Shown: positions 9,832-21,206, numbered from the stretch's first letter. The stretch: 64,000 nt of DNA from an uncultured Chroococcidiopsis sp. (GCA_964248365.1 CAXTYC010000003.1:160001-224000); one strand, 5' to 3'. Program-made: numbers and translations. The notes: generated from the letters alone by a model not told the origin.

Positions 9832-11448
9832 TTAACGGCGATTAGACAAACACTGGTGGTAGTATTTGACAATTTCGTCTGTAACTTGGGTAACAGTTTT
9901 GCCATCGGTTTGAATCTCTATAGCATCTGCTGCTTTTTGCAAGGGAGCAATATCGCGGGTGCTATCTTTCCAGTCACGTTGAGCGATGTCTCGTTCTAGC
10001 TGTTCCAAACTAAAGTCAAATTGACCTTGAGCGAGTAAGTCTTGCTGTCGCCGCCGCGCACGTTCTTGCACAGACGCGGTTAAGAAAATTTTCAGGTCAG
10101 CATCAGGAAAAACATTAGTCCCAATGTCACGACCTTCAGCGACTAGACCGCCCTTTTGACCCCAGTGCTGCTGTTTTTTAACTAGTTCTTGACGAACAGC
10201 TCTTTTCGCTGCGATCGCTGATACCTGCGATGTCACCTCTAAACTACGAATTTGTTGGGTTACTTCCTGCTCGTTAATCCAGACTCGCACTGGCTGATCC
10301 AAGTCAGAGTTGGGGGTAAGGTGAATTTGAGACGAACTCGCCAATTCAGCGATCGCACATTCATCCTCTAGCTCAATTCCCAAGTGCAACACCAGCCACG
10401 TCAAAGCCCGATACATTGCTCCTGTATCGAGATATAGTAGCCCCAGTTCCTTCGCCACAATCCTGGCTACTGTCGATTTTCCAGCGCCAGCTGGACCATC
10501 GATCGCCACAATGGGGGGGCGATCGCGCAGGAGTATGTTATCTATCAAGCGAGCCGCACCTACACGCGCAGCGATCGCAACCATTCCCGATTCCTCCACT
10601 TTTTCTAAAGGCATTAAAGTTGTTGGATGCACCAATTCAACATACTCCATTTGCACACCGCTTGCCATTGCTAATTCTTGCTTGGTTGCTGTAATCAATG
10701 GATGGGCTAGACGCTCTCCCGCCTCAAAAGCTTGTTTTGCTCGTTGCAAGCTACGATACAAAAAGGCTGCTTGCTCTTTTTGTTGTTGGGTTAAATACTG
10801 ATTGCGGGAACTCATAGCCAAACCCGACGCTTCCCGCACTGTTGGACAACCAACAATTTCTACGGTCAAATTTAAATCCTGCACCAGCCGCCGAATAATT
10901 GCTAGCTGTTGAGCATCCTTTTGACCAAAATATGCTCGGTCAGGCTGTACCAAGTTCAACAACTTGGTGACAATCGTCGCCACCCCTTGAAAATGTCCTC
11001 TGCGCGATCGTCCACATAACACTGAAGTCATTTGGGCTGGAGGGACAACCTGAGTCAATTCGGAATTGTTCTTTTCTCCCCCTGCTCCCCCTGCTTTAAT
11101 TCCTATCTCAGAGGCAGAAGGAGCAAAAATTACATCCACTCCTGCTTGTTCACACAGTTGCCGATCTGAATCTAAATTGCGTGGGTAGTGTTGATAATCT
11201 TCCGTAGGACCAAATTGCAGAGGGTTAACAAAAATAGTGACAATAACATTGTCATTTTCCTGCCGCGCCCGTTGCAACAAACTTAAATGACCTTGATGTA
11301 AAGCTCCCATAGTGGGAACTAAACCGACGCTTTTCCCCGACTTGGAAGCGATCGCCTTTTTCAACTCCCCTTGTCCCAATTGACTATTCTCTGCTCGGCA
11401 TACACTACCGTAGCAGCGTAAAGCCGCCACTGTCGTGAACAGACGCAC
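9832..11448 (-). CDS. panC/cmk: Bifunctional pantoate--beta-alanine ligase / cytidylate kinase
   Basis: VPTMGALHQGH, FGQKDAQQ, GLAMSSRN, then AIDGPAGAGKST and EGRDIGT; GTG start at 11448. Confidence 0.97.
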   Translation of the reverse strand: MRLFTTVAALRCYGSVCRAENSQLGQGELKKAIASKSGKSVGLVPTMGALHQGHLSLLQRARQENDNVIVTIFVNPLQFGPTEDYQHYPRNLDSDRQLCEQAGVDVIFAPSASEIGIKAGGAGGEKNNSELTQVVPPAQMTSVLCGRSRRGHFQGVATIVTKLLNLVQPDRAYFGQKDAQQLAIIRRLVQDLNLTVEIVGCPTVREASGLAMSSRNQYLTQQQKEQAAFLYRSLQRAKQAFEAGERLAHPLITATKQELAMASGVQMEYVELVHPTTLMPLEKVEESGMVAIAARVGAARLIDNILLRDRPPIVAIDGPAGAGKSTVARIVAKELGLLYLDTGAMYRALTWLVLHLGIELEDECAIAELASSSQIHLTPNSDLDQPVRVWINEQEVTQQIRSLEVTSQVSAIAAKRAVRQELVKKQQHWGQKGGLVAEGRDIGTNVFPDADLKIFLTASVQERARRRQQDLLAQGQFDFSLEQLERDIAQRDWKDSTRDIAPLQKAADAIEIQTDGKTVTQVTDEIVKYYHQCLSNRR

Positions 11449-11693
11449 CCCATTCCCCCATCTTCTGATCGCCATCCCTTATTTTAGAGCAGAGGAAGCT
11501 TTCTAAGCAGGGGGAGCTTTCTTGAGCAGGGGAGGCAGGGGGAGAAACTCGTATGAAGTGTGAAGTATGAAGTGTAAAGTGTGAAATTTCAACCTTTATC
11601 CTTCAACCTTCAACCTTTATCCTTTACCGCAATACCTCTTTACCCTTTTCCCAAAACTGGTAACTGGTAACTGGTAACTGGTAACTGATTTCC

Positions 11694-12779
11694 CTATCTC
11701 CCCAGCACCTCAACCCGCACGGATGCTACACCTGTTTGCATCACTCCGATGATACGAGCCGCAGCTGCTGAAAGGTCAATAATGCGACCGCCTACGTAGG
11801 GACCTCGGTCATTGATTCGGACTACAACAGAACGACCAGTGCCGACGTTAGTTACTCTTACCCTAGTGCCAAAGGGTAAGCTTTTGTGTGCTGCTGTGAG
11901 AGCATTTTGGTTATAAATCTCACCATTGGCACTGCGACGACCATGAAAGCCTGGACCGTACCACGAAGCTATACCACTAAGACTGAATTGCACTGGTCCC
12001 AAGGCGATATTTTGAGGTAGTTTTGGCAGTTGCGGTTTTGGCATTCCGGCAACTTCTTGTAAAGGTTTGGCATTGCCTAGTAGCCTACGCAAGCGATTGG
12101 TAACTTGCAGTGCATCTTCGGCAAGGCTTTTAGTTTGATCTGGCAGTCTTGTGTTGCTATTGATCTCAATCAGTTCTTGATCGTTTACTTTAATCGAGTA
12201 GCGTTCTGCTGCCTTGTTTTGAGTAGATTTGCCGTTTCCTTTCCAATGGACTGTAATATTACTGGCATCTACGCTATCTAGACTCATTTGATTGAGTTTA
12301 GCCGCTACTGATGTTGCCTGCCATAGCGGAGCATTGTCAGCCTTCATTGCATCAGTGCCAGAATTTTGTGTATTTAAATCGGGAAATTTCCCCATAGTTG
12401 CTACTTTTATGCCGTCAGTAGCACTGTCATTTCCGGTTGATCCAACTTTGGTACTCCTGGTTTTAGTCGGATGGGAACCAACAAATGTCAAAACGGGAAT
12501 GTTACGCACATACAGCACTGCTGCCTGACGACCTGCTTGTTCATGTAGCTGCACTCTAGCAATTACCTGGTTTATTGCTTTAATTGCGGCTGTTGACTGG
12601 TACTCGCCCACCTTAACGACATTGGGCGCTCCAGCTACTGTTTCAGTTTGGGAAGATGTCGTCTTGTTGTTTTCCTTGGAAGAATTAACAGCCCTCGTTG
12701 ATTCGGCATGGCAGGATAGAGGTATGCCTAAAGCTGCGGTTAGTAAAGCGACGGTGGTACTTAAAATTCTTTTTTTCAT
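11694..12779 (-). CDS. rlpA: Septal ring lytic transglycosylase RlpA family
   Basis: [37 protein letters not shown]; signal peptide from ATG 12779. Confidence 0.93.
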   Translation of the reverse strand: MKKRILSTTVALLTAALGIPLSCHAESTRAVNSSKENNKTTSSQTETVAGAPNVVKVGEYQSTAAIKAINQVIARVQLHEQAGRQAAVLYVRNIPVLTFVGSHPTKTRSTKVGSTGNDSATDGIKVATMGKFPDLNTQNSGTDAMKADNAPLWQATSVAAKLNQMSLDSVDASNITVHWKGNGKSTQNKAAERYSIKVNDQELIEINSNTRLPDQTKSLAEDALQVTNRLRRLLGNAKPLQEVAGMPKPQLPKLPQNIALGPVQFSLSGIASWYGPGFHGRRSANGEIYNQNALTAAHKSLPFGTRVRVTNVGTGRSVVVRINDRGPYVGGRIIDLSAAAARIIGVMQTGVASVRVEVLGR

Positions 12780-13360
12780 GCTTCGGTTGTAAATGGCACT
12801 CCTCGACTGAGCTTGAGCTGGCGCGGGGTATCGCCAAATAGCAACAAAAATTCCCCACGAACTCGTACTCATTACGTGTTCATGTTGGGTTCACAACTGC
12901 AACAGATTACCATAAAGTTTTTGGAATGGGGATCAGTGCTGTCAAGTCACAACTGTAAATTTCACTAAAATTTTATGGGAATATTTAGTCTATAATCCGC
13001 TCTGGCTCTCAGTTTTAAGTTTTTGAGTGTCTCTTGTGTTTAGTTGAAAACTTAATAAAACTTTACAAAACTACAAGTTACGAATTAGGCAGTAATAATG
13101 CTAAATATCCTGTGAAAGGTATATAGAAAGCCATATATGCAAGCAATTGTTGCTAAATCGCTGTAGTTTAATCGCTTTGGCTCTGGTGTTGGGTAGAAAG
13201 AGAATTGCAAAGTAGAATACATTCGGCAACGATCGCATTCTAGGGAAGGAATAGAAAAATAACGCTACCCTCTTTTCTAGATCTTTCGTGCTAAACCAAT
13301 AATCCCTAATACAGGACGTGGGTTATTTTTAGACTTCATGTATTCCAGGCAAATTGAATC

Positions 13361-14389
13361 ATGGATTATCAAGAAGCAGGGGTTGATGTCGAAGCTGGTC
13401 GAGCGTTCGTCGATGCTATTCGCAATCTAGTTCAACGCACCCACCGCCCAGAAGTAATTGGGGGACTGGGTGGCTTTAGTGGCTACTTTCAACTTCCAAC
13501 AGGATATCAAGAGCCAGTTTTGGTTTCTAGTACAGATGGGGTAGGAACAAAGCTAAAAATTGCCTCCATTCTCAACCGCCACGATACGGTAGGAATTGAT
13601 TTAGTGGCGATGTGTGTCAACGACGTGCTGACATCTGGCGCAGAACCGCTGTTTTTTCTGGATTATTTGGCGACTGGGAAGTTGAATCGGGAGCAACTAC
13701 AGCAGGTAGTAAGCGGAATTAGTCAAGGGTGTCAAGAGGCTGGATGTGCTTTGCTGGGAGGAGAGACAGCAGAAATGCCTGGTTTTTACCAGCTGGGTGA
13801 ATATGACTTAGCTGGGTTTTGTGTGGGGATTGTCGAAAAGAGTCAGCTATTGGATGGTTCTCAGGTACAGGTGGGAGACATTGGGATCGCTTTAGCAAGT
13901 CAAGGTGTCCACAGCAATGGCTTTAGTTTGGTACGGAAAATTGTTGCCGACGGCGGTTTTGATTGGAGCTTTCGCCCCCCATTATTGCAAGGTAAAAGTT
14001 TAGGCGAAGCTTTTCTAACTCCTACGCAAATTTACGTAAAACCCGTGTTAGCAGGCAGGAAAGCAGGGTTAGAAATTCATGGTATGGCTCATATTACTGG
14101 TGGGGGAATACCAGAAAATCTGCCCCGTTGTCTGGGTGCAGGTCAATCAATACGTGTAGATCTCAATAGCTGGTCAATTCCACCTATCTTTGAGTGGCTA
14201 GCCACAGCTGGAAGTGTTAGCCCCACAGCAATGTTCAACACGTTTAATATGGGCATTGGTTATGTGTTGATTGTCCCACCTTCACTGGACGTGCAGACAA
14301 TTCAATGGTTCCAATCGCAAGGTATTGATGCTTATGCAATTGGAGAGGTAACTACAGGTTCAGGTGAAGTTGAAGGGCTACCAGAATGA
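13361..14389 (+). CDS. purM: Phosphoribosylformylglycinamidine cyclo-ligase
   Basis: [45 protein letters not shown]. Confidence 0.98.
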   Translation: MDYQEAGVDVEAGRAFVDAIRNLVQRTHRPEVIGGLGGFSGYFQLPTGYQEPVLVSSTDGVGTKLKIASILNRHDTVGIDLVAMCVNDVLTSGAEPLFFLDYLATGKLNREQLQQVVSGISQGCQEAGCALLGGETAEMPGFYQLGEYDLAGFCVGIVEKSQLLDGSQVQVGDIGIALASQGVHSNGFSLVRKIVADGGFDWSFRPPLLQGKSLGEAFLTPTQIYVKPVLAGRKAGLEIHGMAHITGGGIPENLPRCLGAGQSIRVDLNSWSIPPIFEWLATAGSVSPTAMFNTFNMGIGYVLIVPPSLDVQTIQWFQSQGIDAYAIGEVTTGSGEVEGLPE

Positions 14390-14519
14390 TGAAGTGTGAA
14401 GTGTGAAGTATGAAGTGTGAAGTATGAAGTATGAAGCAATTAACAATGAACAATAAACAATTATCAATGAAGAATGAACAATTGATAATTGATTCCCTTT
14501 TCCCTTTATCCTTCAACCT

Positions 14520-15194
14520 TTATACTTCATCCTTCATCCCTTGTTTCACAATTACGCGATCGCGCAACAGTAGTAGTTGCTTGTCTTTAATTCCCACACT
14601 GAGCAAACCATCGACAGTTTGCATGAGATAGTCAGCGCTAGAACCAATTTGCCCAGAGGCTGTGGCAATACTATTAATAGTGGTTTCTAGGGATATATTG
14701 CCAGCGTAGCCAGCCTGATGACGATTGACGATGAAAGCGATCGCTTCAATTTCTTGCTCACCGTCAAAAACTTTCACCCAACGAGGGATGTAGGAACCGA
14801 CTACCATCTCTCGCCGCCACAATAGCAGCAGTTCAGGCAGCACATCAGCAGCAGCAATGCGGTAGGCGATACCGCGACAGCTACCACCGCGATCTAAACC
14901 AAGTACCAAACCTGGATTATCTGGAGTACCACGACCAAGAGGAGTCCATAGGCAGAAGCGGCGATGCCAACCGTAAATAGTGCCGATGCGGTGTTCGACG
15001 AAATGGAATATAGGATTCCAAATGAGTGAACCGTAGGCAAACAACCAAACATCAGAATTTAGCTTTTGGCGTTTCAGGGTTTCGAGAATCGACGCTTGTA
15101 GCTGTGCTTCACTCAAAACTTGTAGATCCAGTCCCGCTTGCAAGATCATTTTCTGCAAGAGTTGAGATTCTAGATCGGTGCGGGTTAAGGACAT
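14520..15194 (-). CDS. chaC: Gamma-glutamylcyclotransferase, ChaC family
   Basis: WLFAYGSLIWNP, RGTPDNPGLVLGL, LWRREM. Confidence 0.92.
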   Translation of the reverse strand: MSLTRTDLESQLLQKMILQAGLDLQVLSEAQLQASILETLKRQKLNSDVWLFAYGSLIWNPIFHFVEHRIGTIYGWHRRFCLWTPLGRGTPDNPGLVLGLDRGGSCRGIAYRIAAADVLPELLLLWRREMVVGSYIPRWVKVFDGEQEIEAIAFIVNRHQAGYAGNISLETTINSIATASGQIGSSADYLMQTVDGLLSVGIKDKQLLLLRDRVIVKQGMKDEV

Positions 15195-15329
15195 TTTGGA
15201 TTTTAATTGAATCTCGAAGATTTGCTTGTTTTTGGTGGTTGTGGGTTCTACAGTGATAGCTTAGGGATTAAGAGATCTTGTGTGGGCGATCGCCACAATC
15301 TTGTTTGCTACGTGCATCCTATTTATCTA

Positions 15330-15845
15330 ATGACTATATTTCTTCAGCGTCGTTGTGTCCTGTGTCGTGAGCTACTACCATTAAACTACGCTTGTTTTAC
15401 TCCTGAATTTTCTAATGATTTACCAAATCCCGTAGAACGAATGTTCACTGGAGATTCGATACATTGGGAGTGTTATCGAGATTGGTCAGAGCGTCCAACA
15501 TTTGCACAACAGCAATTTGAGGCTCATATTCAGCAAGCTCGTAAAAATACATTGACTGGCATTACTTATCAAGATGAAGATGTTCTTGTGTGTATCTTTG
15601 TCGCCGATCCCGAACCGAAGTATTTAGATCTCTACCTTTGTGCTACTGGTAGTAAAGTTTTTGTATTAATAGACGAATGGTTAGAGTGGATAGCAGACAT
15701 TTCTCTTGCCGACGAAAAACTTCATCCATTTGAACGCATTGCTGCGATCGCTATATTACCAAAGCTAGCTCGTGAGCTTCCCAAGGTGGCAACAATTCTG
15801 GCTCGAACTGATTGGGAAGGCACTGAGCGAATGTGGTATCAATAA
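15330..15845 (+). CDS. Hypothetical protein with possible metal-binding Cys/His motifs
   Basis: ORF from ATG 15330 with CVLC and HWEC. Confidence 0.55.
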   Translation: MTIFLQRRCVLCRELLPLNYACFTPEFSNDLPNPVERMFTGDSIHWECYRDWSERPTFAQQQFEAHIQQARKNTLTGITYQDEDVLVCIFVADPEPKYLDLYLCATGSKVFVLIDEWLEWIADISLADEKLHPFERIAAIAILPKLARELPKVATILARTDWEGTERMWYQ

Positions 15846-15894
15846 TCATAGTAGTAGGGTGGGCATTGCCCACCATACAAAAGTTTATGCTCTT

Positions 15895-16190
15895 TCACAA
15901 AGAACCACCACTGATTCTGGCGACAACAAAAGCGATCGCCGCACTAAGCAAGGCTATACCCACTCCGAAAAAAGCAGAACTGTTGGCAGTGACAATTCTC
16001 ATGCCCCGCTCAAATAAGCGGCTATCTAACTTATCTACAGCAGTTTTGACTTATTTAATCTCTTGAGAAAGTTCATCTACCATTAGATTGAGATCTTGAA
16101 AGTGATGATTTAGATCTTGAAACTGTGCTTGCTGTTGTCTGCTTAAGCGCCTGAAGTTGCCCAGCTATATCTGTTAAAGTTGGTTCACTG
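15895..16190 (-). pseudogene. Degraded small coiled-coil protein with C-terminal TM helix
   Basis: SEPTLTDIAGQLQALKQ, frameshift, QQAQFQDLNHHFQDLNLMVDELSQEIK*VKTAVDKLDSRLFERG...FFGVGIALLSAAIAFVVARISGGSL*. Confidence 0.55.
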
Positions 16191-16271
16191 ATAAAAAAGC
16201 TCTATCCCCCTTCTCTTGATTGTCCTCCTTTCCCTCCCCTAGCCCCTAGCCTCTAACCAAAGCCCCTACCT

Positions 16272-18440
16272 TCACGGACAACGCGGATGAAAACCCCCTG
16301 CGGTACAAATGTAAGCAATTTGGTTGGGAGCTAAATTTTTGACTTGAGAAAAGTCAACACCTTTTACTAAAGCAGAAGAGGTGTATTCTGGAGGTGCGGC
16401 AATAAATTGAGGATCGCTTTGGGTTTGTTTGGCACTAAAAAGTATTGCCCCTTGTAAATCTGCGTGTGCCAAATTTGCCCCCCTTAGATCAGCTAGTCTT
16501 AGATCAGCGTTACGCAAGTTGATATTTTGCATCTGAGCGCCGCTCAAATTGGTGCTGCTCAGACGAGTCATACTCAAGTCAGCATTACTGAGATTAGTAT
16601 CACTCAGATCAGATCCAGATAGATCTGCTCCTTGCCAATCTGATTTAGCCAGATTAGCTGATTGCAACTTTGTGCCTAAAGCACTTACTCGGCTTAAACG
16701 AGCAGTGTACAAATTAGCATCGGATAAATTTGCTGCTCCTAAATTTGCACCAGTCAAGCTAGCATTTACTAGAACTGCATTTTGTAAATTAGCTCCCACT
16801 AGTTGGGCGCTACTGAGGTTAGCATCACTTAAACTGGCATTAGACAGATTTGCCTGATTGAGGGTGGCTCGCATTAGGTTGATACGATTCATTGGCACAC
16901 GGCTGAGATTAGCACCAGTGAGATTAGCAGCTTTCATTTGGGCATCACTTAAGTCCGCGATCGCATCATCAGATGTATCCCATTGACCATCTTTCCCTTT
17001 GTCCCGCCAGATACTACCTGGTAAACTTGCACTGTTGAGATTGGCTCCTTTCAACACTATTCCAGCTAAATTGACTCGCTCAAGTGCTAGGTTAAAACCA
17101 GCATTGGTGGTAGAATTGAGATTGACGCGACTAAGATCCATAGCAGGAAGTTTGCCGCTATAAACCTGCAAAATTTTGGCGATCGCTTGCTCGGTTGCTT
17201 GCAGCTGCTGTGTCCGCAGTGCTAACTCGGCTGGTTTATTGGTGTAGCGTCCAGCTGCTATCTCATTCGACAACAATTGATTCAAGTTGTGCAAATAGGG
17301 CAGAGCTTGAGGACCAGTACTAACCAAGGCTTGCTGCACAGCATTGACGATCTTACCTTTTGTTTCTTGCCCCAAAAGTTCAACCAGTAGCTTTAGTACC
17401 TGCGGATCGTCTATTGTTCCCAGGGCGAGAATTGCTTTTTGGCGATCGTCCAATGTGGCAGAATTAGCGTTAAGCTGCCTAATTAAGGAGAGAAACTGCT
17501 CACTTTTGCTTTGCACTAGCTGCCGTTGGTTTTTCTGAGTTTGAATATAGACTTGAGTGCCTACCAAAGTTCCTAAAACTGTAGCCAAACTTGCCAGCGA
17601 TACCAGTAGCAGGGTAATGGTAGGATTTCGGCGCATCCACTTCCACCAACTACGCCGCCCCTTAGTTGTCGATGGAAGCCTATGCGGGCTTGTTACCATC
17701 CCATTTGTATAAGTCCCGTAAGATTGATTGTGCTTAGTTGGCTGTACAACTGTAGCTTTGACAGAGTTAGGCAACGGTTTAAAAGTGCGATTAGCATCTA
17801 CTACATAAGTACCTGCTATCAAATCATGCCAGCAACGGCGCTGACGGTGGAAACGGGCGGTTATTCCTTCCCCCAGCACCATCAAGCAAGACAAGCCTGC
17901 TAAAACTCCCAAGTGAGGGAAGGCACTAAAACGCCACACTATATAAGCAATGGAGAGTGGTAAGCCCCAACTTCCAATTCCTTCTCGGAGTAAAATGCGG
18001 GGCGTACTGGGAACTGTACCAGCAGCAGTCAAAACCCTTACCTTAAACCAGCGCTTGGGCAGAGTACTACCAGTTTTGGACAATAAATATAATTGCCAAC
18101 CAGTCAGCAAGAGCGGTGCGACAACAGCAGCAGACCAAAATACATTGGTAAGTGGTGTGACTAGTTTGCTGTCAGTTTCACGTGGGGGAAGCGCTAGGGT
18201 TCTAGCGATCGCATCAGTTGTTACTGTCACTACTGGATTTAGAGTTACTTGTTCTCCACTAGGATCAGATTTTGCCGCGATTCCCAGACTATACGGTACT
18301 AAACCGCTTAGGGCGATTAGTGAAACTTCGACCGTCCAAGCCGCGATTCGCCTAGTTACCAGTGGCAGGGGTTTGCTTTTTACCTGCCCAGTACGGCGGC
18401 GATTGCGATCTTCACTTCTCCTCACAGTTGAATTCGCCAT
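16272..18440 (-). CDS. hglK: HglK-like membrane protein: RDD domain, HEAT-like repeat, pentapeptide repeats
   Basis: RRIAAW...HDLIAGTYVV RDD motifs and long A(D/N)Lxx array; 722 aa. Confidence 0.8.
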   Translation of the reverse strand: MANSTVRRSEDRNRRRTGQVKSKPLPLVTRRIAAWTVEVSLIALSGLVPYSLGIAAKSDPSGEQVTLNPVVTVTTDAIARTLALPPRETDSKLVTPLTNVFWSAAVVAPLLLTGWQLYLLSKTGSTLPKRWFKVRVLTAAGTVPSTPRILLREGIGSWGLPLSIAYIVWRFSAFPHLGVLAGLSCLMVLGEGITARFHRQRRCWHDLIAGTYVVDANRTFKPLPNSVKATVVQPTKHNQSYGTYTNGMVTSPHRLPSTTKGRRSWWKWMRRNPTITLLLVSLASLATVLGTLVGTQVYIQTQKNQRQLVQSKSEQFLSLIRQLNANSATLDDRQKAILALGTIDDPQVLKLLVELLGQETKGKIVNAVQQALVSTGPQALPYLHNLNQLLSNEIAAGRYTNKPAELALRTQQLQATEQAIAKILQVYSGKLPAMDLSRVNLNSTTNAGFNLALERVNLAGIVLKGANLNSASLPGSIWRDKGKDGQWDTSDDAIADLSDAQMKAANLTGANLSRVPMNRINLMRATLNQANLSNASLSDANLSSAQLVGANLQNAVLVNASLTGANLGAANLSDANLYTARLSRVSALGTKLQSANLAKSDWQGADLSGSDLSDTNLSNADLSMTRLSSTNLSGAQMQNINLRNADLRLADLRGANLAHADLQGAILFSAKQTQSDPQFIAAPPEYTSSALVKGVDFSQVKNLAPNQIAYICTAGGFHPRCP

Positions 18441-18495
18441 TGCACAATTCCCTTTTAAGTTGTTTCCACGAGCTTTTGAGCGATCGTTAAATAAA

Positions 18496-18849
18496 TCAGT
18501 CTTTATTTTCAGTGCTACGAACTATAAAAAACTGATATGCCAAGTACAACCCCCCTGCCAAAAACCCTAAACTGATTACCGCAGCAACCAGGCTATAGAC
18601 GGCTCGCAAAATAGCAATACCAACTATAGCCCCAACGCCTATAACTGTAAGTTTGCCCACACTAGGCAAGCTATTAAACCAGTTAAAAAAGCGTTTTAGC
18701 TGCGGCTTTAGAGTTGGCGAGATATCTTTCTGTCTTTGTTCGGGTGCTTGGATCTCGGAAATGACAGCTCTTGAGGATGGTGGGGAATTAACTTCTGTCT
18801 CTAGCTGCTCTAAGCGCCGATCTAAATCTTGCTCAGGTTGTGAATTCAT
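18496..18849 (-). CDS. Hypothetical membrane protein
   Basis: N-terminal coiled coil and two TM segments. Confidence 0.7.
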   Translation of the reverse strand: MNSQPEQDLDRRLEQLETEVNSPPSSRAVISEIQAPEQRQKDISPTLKPQLKRFFNWFNSLPSVGKLTVIGVGAIVGIAILRAVYSLVAAVISLGFLAGGLYLAYQFFIVRSTENKD

Positions 18850-19019
18850 ATGTTTTTACCCTACTGGGGAACAGTGTTGTAAAGGGATCTAGATTTTTCG
18901 GTAAACCTAACGATTGTTGTTAGGGAGATTTTAGCTAATGTTAGTTAGTTAGGGAGGGGCAATTCATCAATTGCCCGTATTCGTTGAAGGATGAAGTGTT
19001 TCGTTGGAAGGCGTGAAAT

Positions 19020-19205
19020 TTCAACCTTTATCCTTCAACCTACCCCTTCGCTCCTCGCGCTCGCTACAACCTTCATCCTTTCCCCCTTTCCCTTCATCCT
19101 ACCCCTACCCAACGGGTGCGGCTAACGCCAACGGGATCGGTGTGCTACATCCTTCAACAAGCGCCTGCGGCAACGCGCGCGAACATCCTTCAACCTTCAT
19201 CCTTT
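19020..19205. repeat. STRR array (TCA(A/T)CCT) interrupted by short GC-rich dispersed repeats
   Basis: Heptamers broken by inserts at about 19042-19067, 19101-19148 and 19159-19184. Confidence 0.7.
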
Positions 19206-19641
19206 TTTCTTTCCCTTTTTCGGAACTTATACTTACCCAAAGCGTCTTTTAGCCCAGAGTGCAAGTGGATGCTAACAAGATAAAGTCACAAGCTTACCTA
19301 GAGTTTGATCGAACTAGAAAATCTAATTACTCAACTAAACTTTATTAATAAACAAAATGTTATACTTAAAGTAAGTGGAACCTTAGTTACACGAACAAAA
19401 TTACAGTTAAATTCCAACCAATAGAGTAATTAACATAGAGTAATTAACAAAGATAACTGAAGGTTTGCTACTAAACTTAAGGATTGAATGAGCTTAATTA
19501 AATTTGAGTTTAAGTGTCAGCTTAAAAAAGTAATAAAATCTAATTGCTCAAGCGAATAAATTAATTCAAAATAGACAAATTAAAACCTAAAGTTGCTGCA
19601 CTTAATGCAGCAGTAATTATTAGATATTTGGAGCAAAAAAT

Positions 19642-20076
19642 ATGAAGTATAAAAAAGAGTTAGCTTTATGCGGAGCTTTGGCAATCAGTTTTGCTGTCAC
19701 AACAGCAGCATTGGCTGAAGACAAAGTTGTAGTTACTCCCAAGACTCAACCAGATCCCCTCGTTGTGCGTGGGAAATCTGGGGGAGATAAAAGCAGTGAC
19801 TGCGGCAATATTGCCGCCACTCCCAATCAAATTATCGAAGTAACAGAACCCCTACCTTACGTGCGCTTTAGTGTACAAAGCGAAGGACAGCCAACACTGT
19901 TAATACAAGGACCTGGAGGACGACGTTTTTGCGTGTTGGCGGATACTGAGGCTGGAGAAAGCCCAGAAGTCTCTGGATATTGGGAGGCGGGTAAGTACTC
20001 GGTGTATGTAGGCGATCGCGCCTCTGGACAGCACCCCTATACCCTCTCCATCTCCCAGAAAAAAGCCTCCCAATAA
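19642..20076 (+). CDS. Secreted protein with PPC-like beta domain
   Basis: Signal peptide ending ALA; PTLLIQGPGGRRFC, GKYSVYVG; two Cys. Confidence 0.75.
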   Translation: MKYKKELALCGALAISFAVTTAALAEDKVVVTPKTQPDPLVVRGKSGGDKSSDCGNIAATPNQIIEVTEPLPYVRFSVQSEGQPTLLIQGPGGRRFCVLADTEAGESPEVSGYWEAGKYSVYVGDRASGQHPYTLSISQKKASQ

Positions 20077-20141
20077 TTCAAAAAGCGCGGAATTATTTCT
20101 ACTTGCTACTCAAATTGTCAAGTGGGAAGATGCAATCAAAC

Positions 20142-20510
20142 TTAATCTTCTACTTGGGCTGAGACTTCAACCGCTTGTACGTCAATTGTACCAGGAGGGG
20201 TCAAGCGGTTGAACTTGCCTTGCTCAACTTTGAGCAATTCTCCACAATTAGAACACTGAATCTGAGTGCGATTTAACGCTGTCAATTCATAATTACATAC
20301 CGGACACTGAGCTTGCACCAAGTTGCGTTGTAGCCACCAACGAAACCAAACAAAAGCCAAAACAGGTGCAAGCAAAAGCAGCCCCATTAAAATTAGAAAA
20401 GAGTTAACTAGCCAGCCTAAGCCCACAGAACCCAGTAACCAAATAATTAGGAACGGGGTAAGCCAACTAGCAAGGCGAGGAAAACTGAATTGAAAGGATT
20501 TGAGGCTCAT
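20142..20510 (-). CDS. Membrane protein with zinc ribbon
   Basis: Two TM segments; CPVC and CSNC; GTIDV tail. Confidence 0.8.
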   Translation of the reverse strand: MSLKSFQFSFPRLASWLTPFLIIWLLGSVGLGWLVNSFLILMGLLLLAPVLAFVWFRWWLQRNLVQAQCPVCNYELTALNRTQIQCSNCGELLKVEQGKFNRLTPPGTIDVQAVEVSAQVED

Positions 20511-20771
20511 TTTCTCAAAACTATGCTGCTCTGCCTCTAGGATAGCTACTTATCTTAGAAGGTTAACGAAAAATCAGTACACACCTGTCGAAATATTTAC
20601 AAAGTTAATGGCTAGTGGCTGGTGACTAGTGGCTAGAAAAGGGAAAAGGGAAACAATTATCAATTACCACTTGTTCATTGTTCATTGTTCATTGTTCATT
20701 GCTCCCCCTGCTCCCCACAGCGATTGCCTGCTTTCTTCTAGCCACTGGTTCCACTGGTTCCACTGGTTCCA

Positions 20772-21206
20772 CTAATGTGAGCGGGTTTTACCACGTTTAA
20801 CAATTAATAAACAGTTTCTTCCATCAGCAGCGCGTTCATATACAACTCGATCAGCTAAGCGTCGGAGGAGAAACCAACCATAACCGCCTTCTTGAAGTGT
20901 ACCTGGTAGTGGTTCTTCTATAGCATCTGGATTAAACGGCTTGCCCTGATCCCATATTCTAATTTCTAGGCGATCGCTCCACAAAGCCAAATCTATCTTT
21001 ATAGTTGTTTCTCGCGGTAAAGCTTGGTGAGCGTGACGTACAGCGTTGGTAAATCCTTCAGCTAGCGCTAAGTTAAGGCGATAAAGTTGAGCTTCTGACC
21101 AGGAAAGTTTAGATAGATGTTGTAGATAAAAATTTTCAAACCATTGTTGCACTTGGTTTAGCAACTTCAGATCGCTTTGCACTTCTAGATGGTCTTGCTC
21201 CATCAT
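20772..21206 (-). CDS. Anti-sigma regulatory factor / RsbW-like HATPase_c_2 protein
   Basis: LALAEGFTNAVRHAH, IWDQGKPF, EGGYGWFL. Confidence 0.88.
   Translation of the reverse strand: MMEQDHLEVQSDLKLLNQVQQWFENFYLQHLSKLSWSEAQLYRLNLALAEGFTNAVRHAHQALPRETTIKIDLALWSDRLEIRIWDQGKPFNPDAIEEPLPGTLQEGGYGWFLLRRLADRVVYERAADGRNCLLIVKRGKTRSH

Noticed and set aside
16272..18440. hglK as proof of a heterocyst-forming host
   Set aside because: RDD plus pentapeptide homologues are not restricted to heterocyst formers, and no other het, hgl or nif genes are in the window.
17950..18570. Long antisense ORFs (also 27580-28128, 62478-63065, 3146-3550, 60748-61158)
   Set aside because: Shadows of well-supported genes on the opposite strand.
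19004..19252. 82-aa ORF
   Set aside because: Translated STRR and micro-insert sequence.
20742..20773. CCACTGGTT x3.5 tandem repeat at the anti-sigma gene stop
   Set aside because: Simple slippage repeat beside STRRs with no sign of function.
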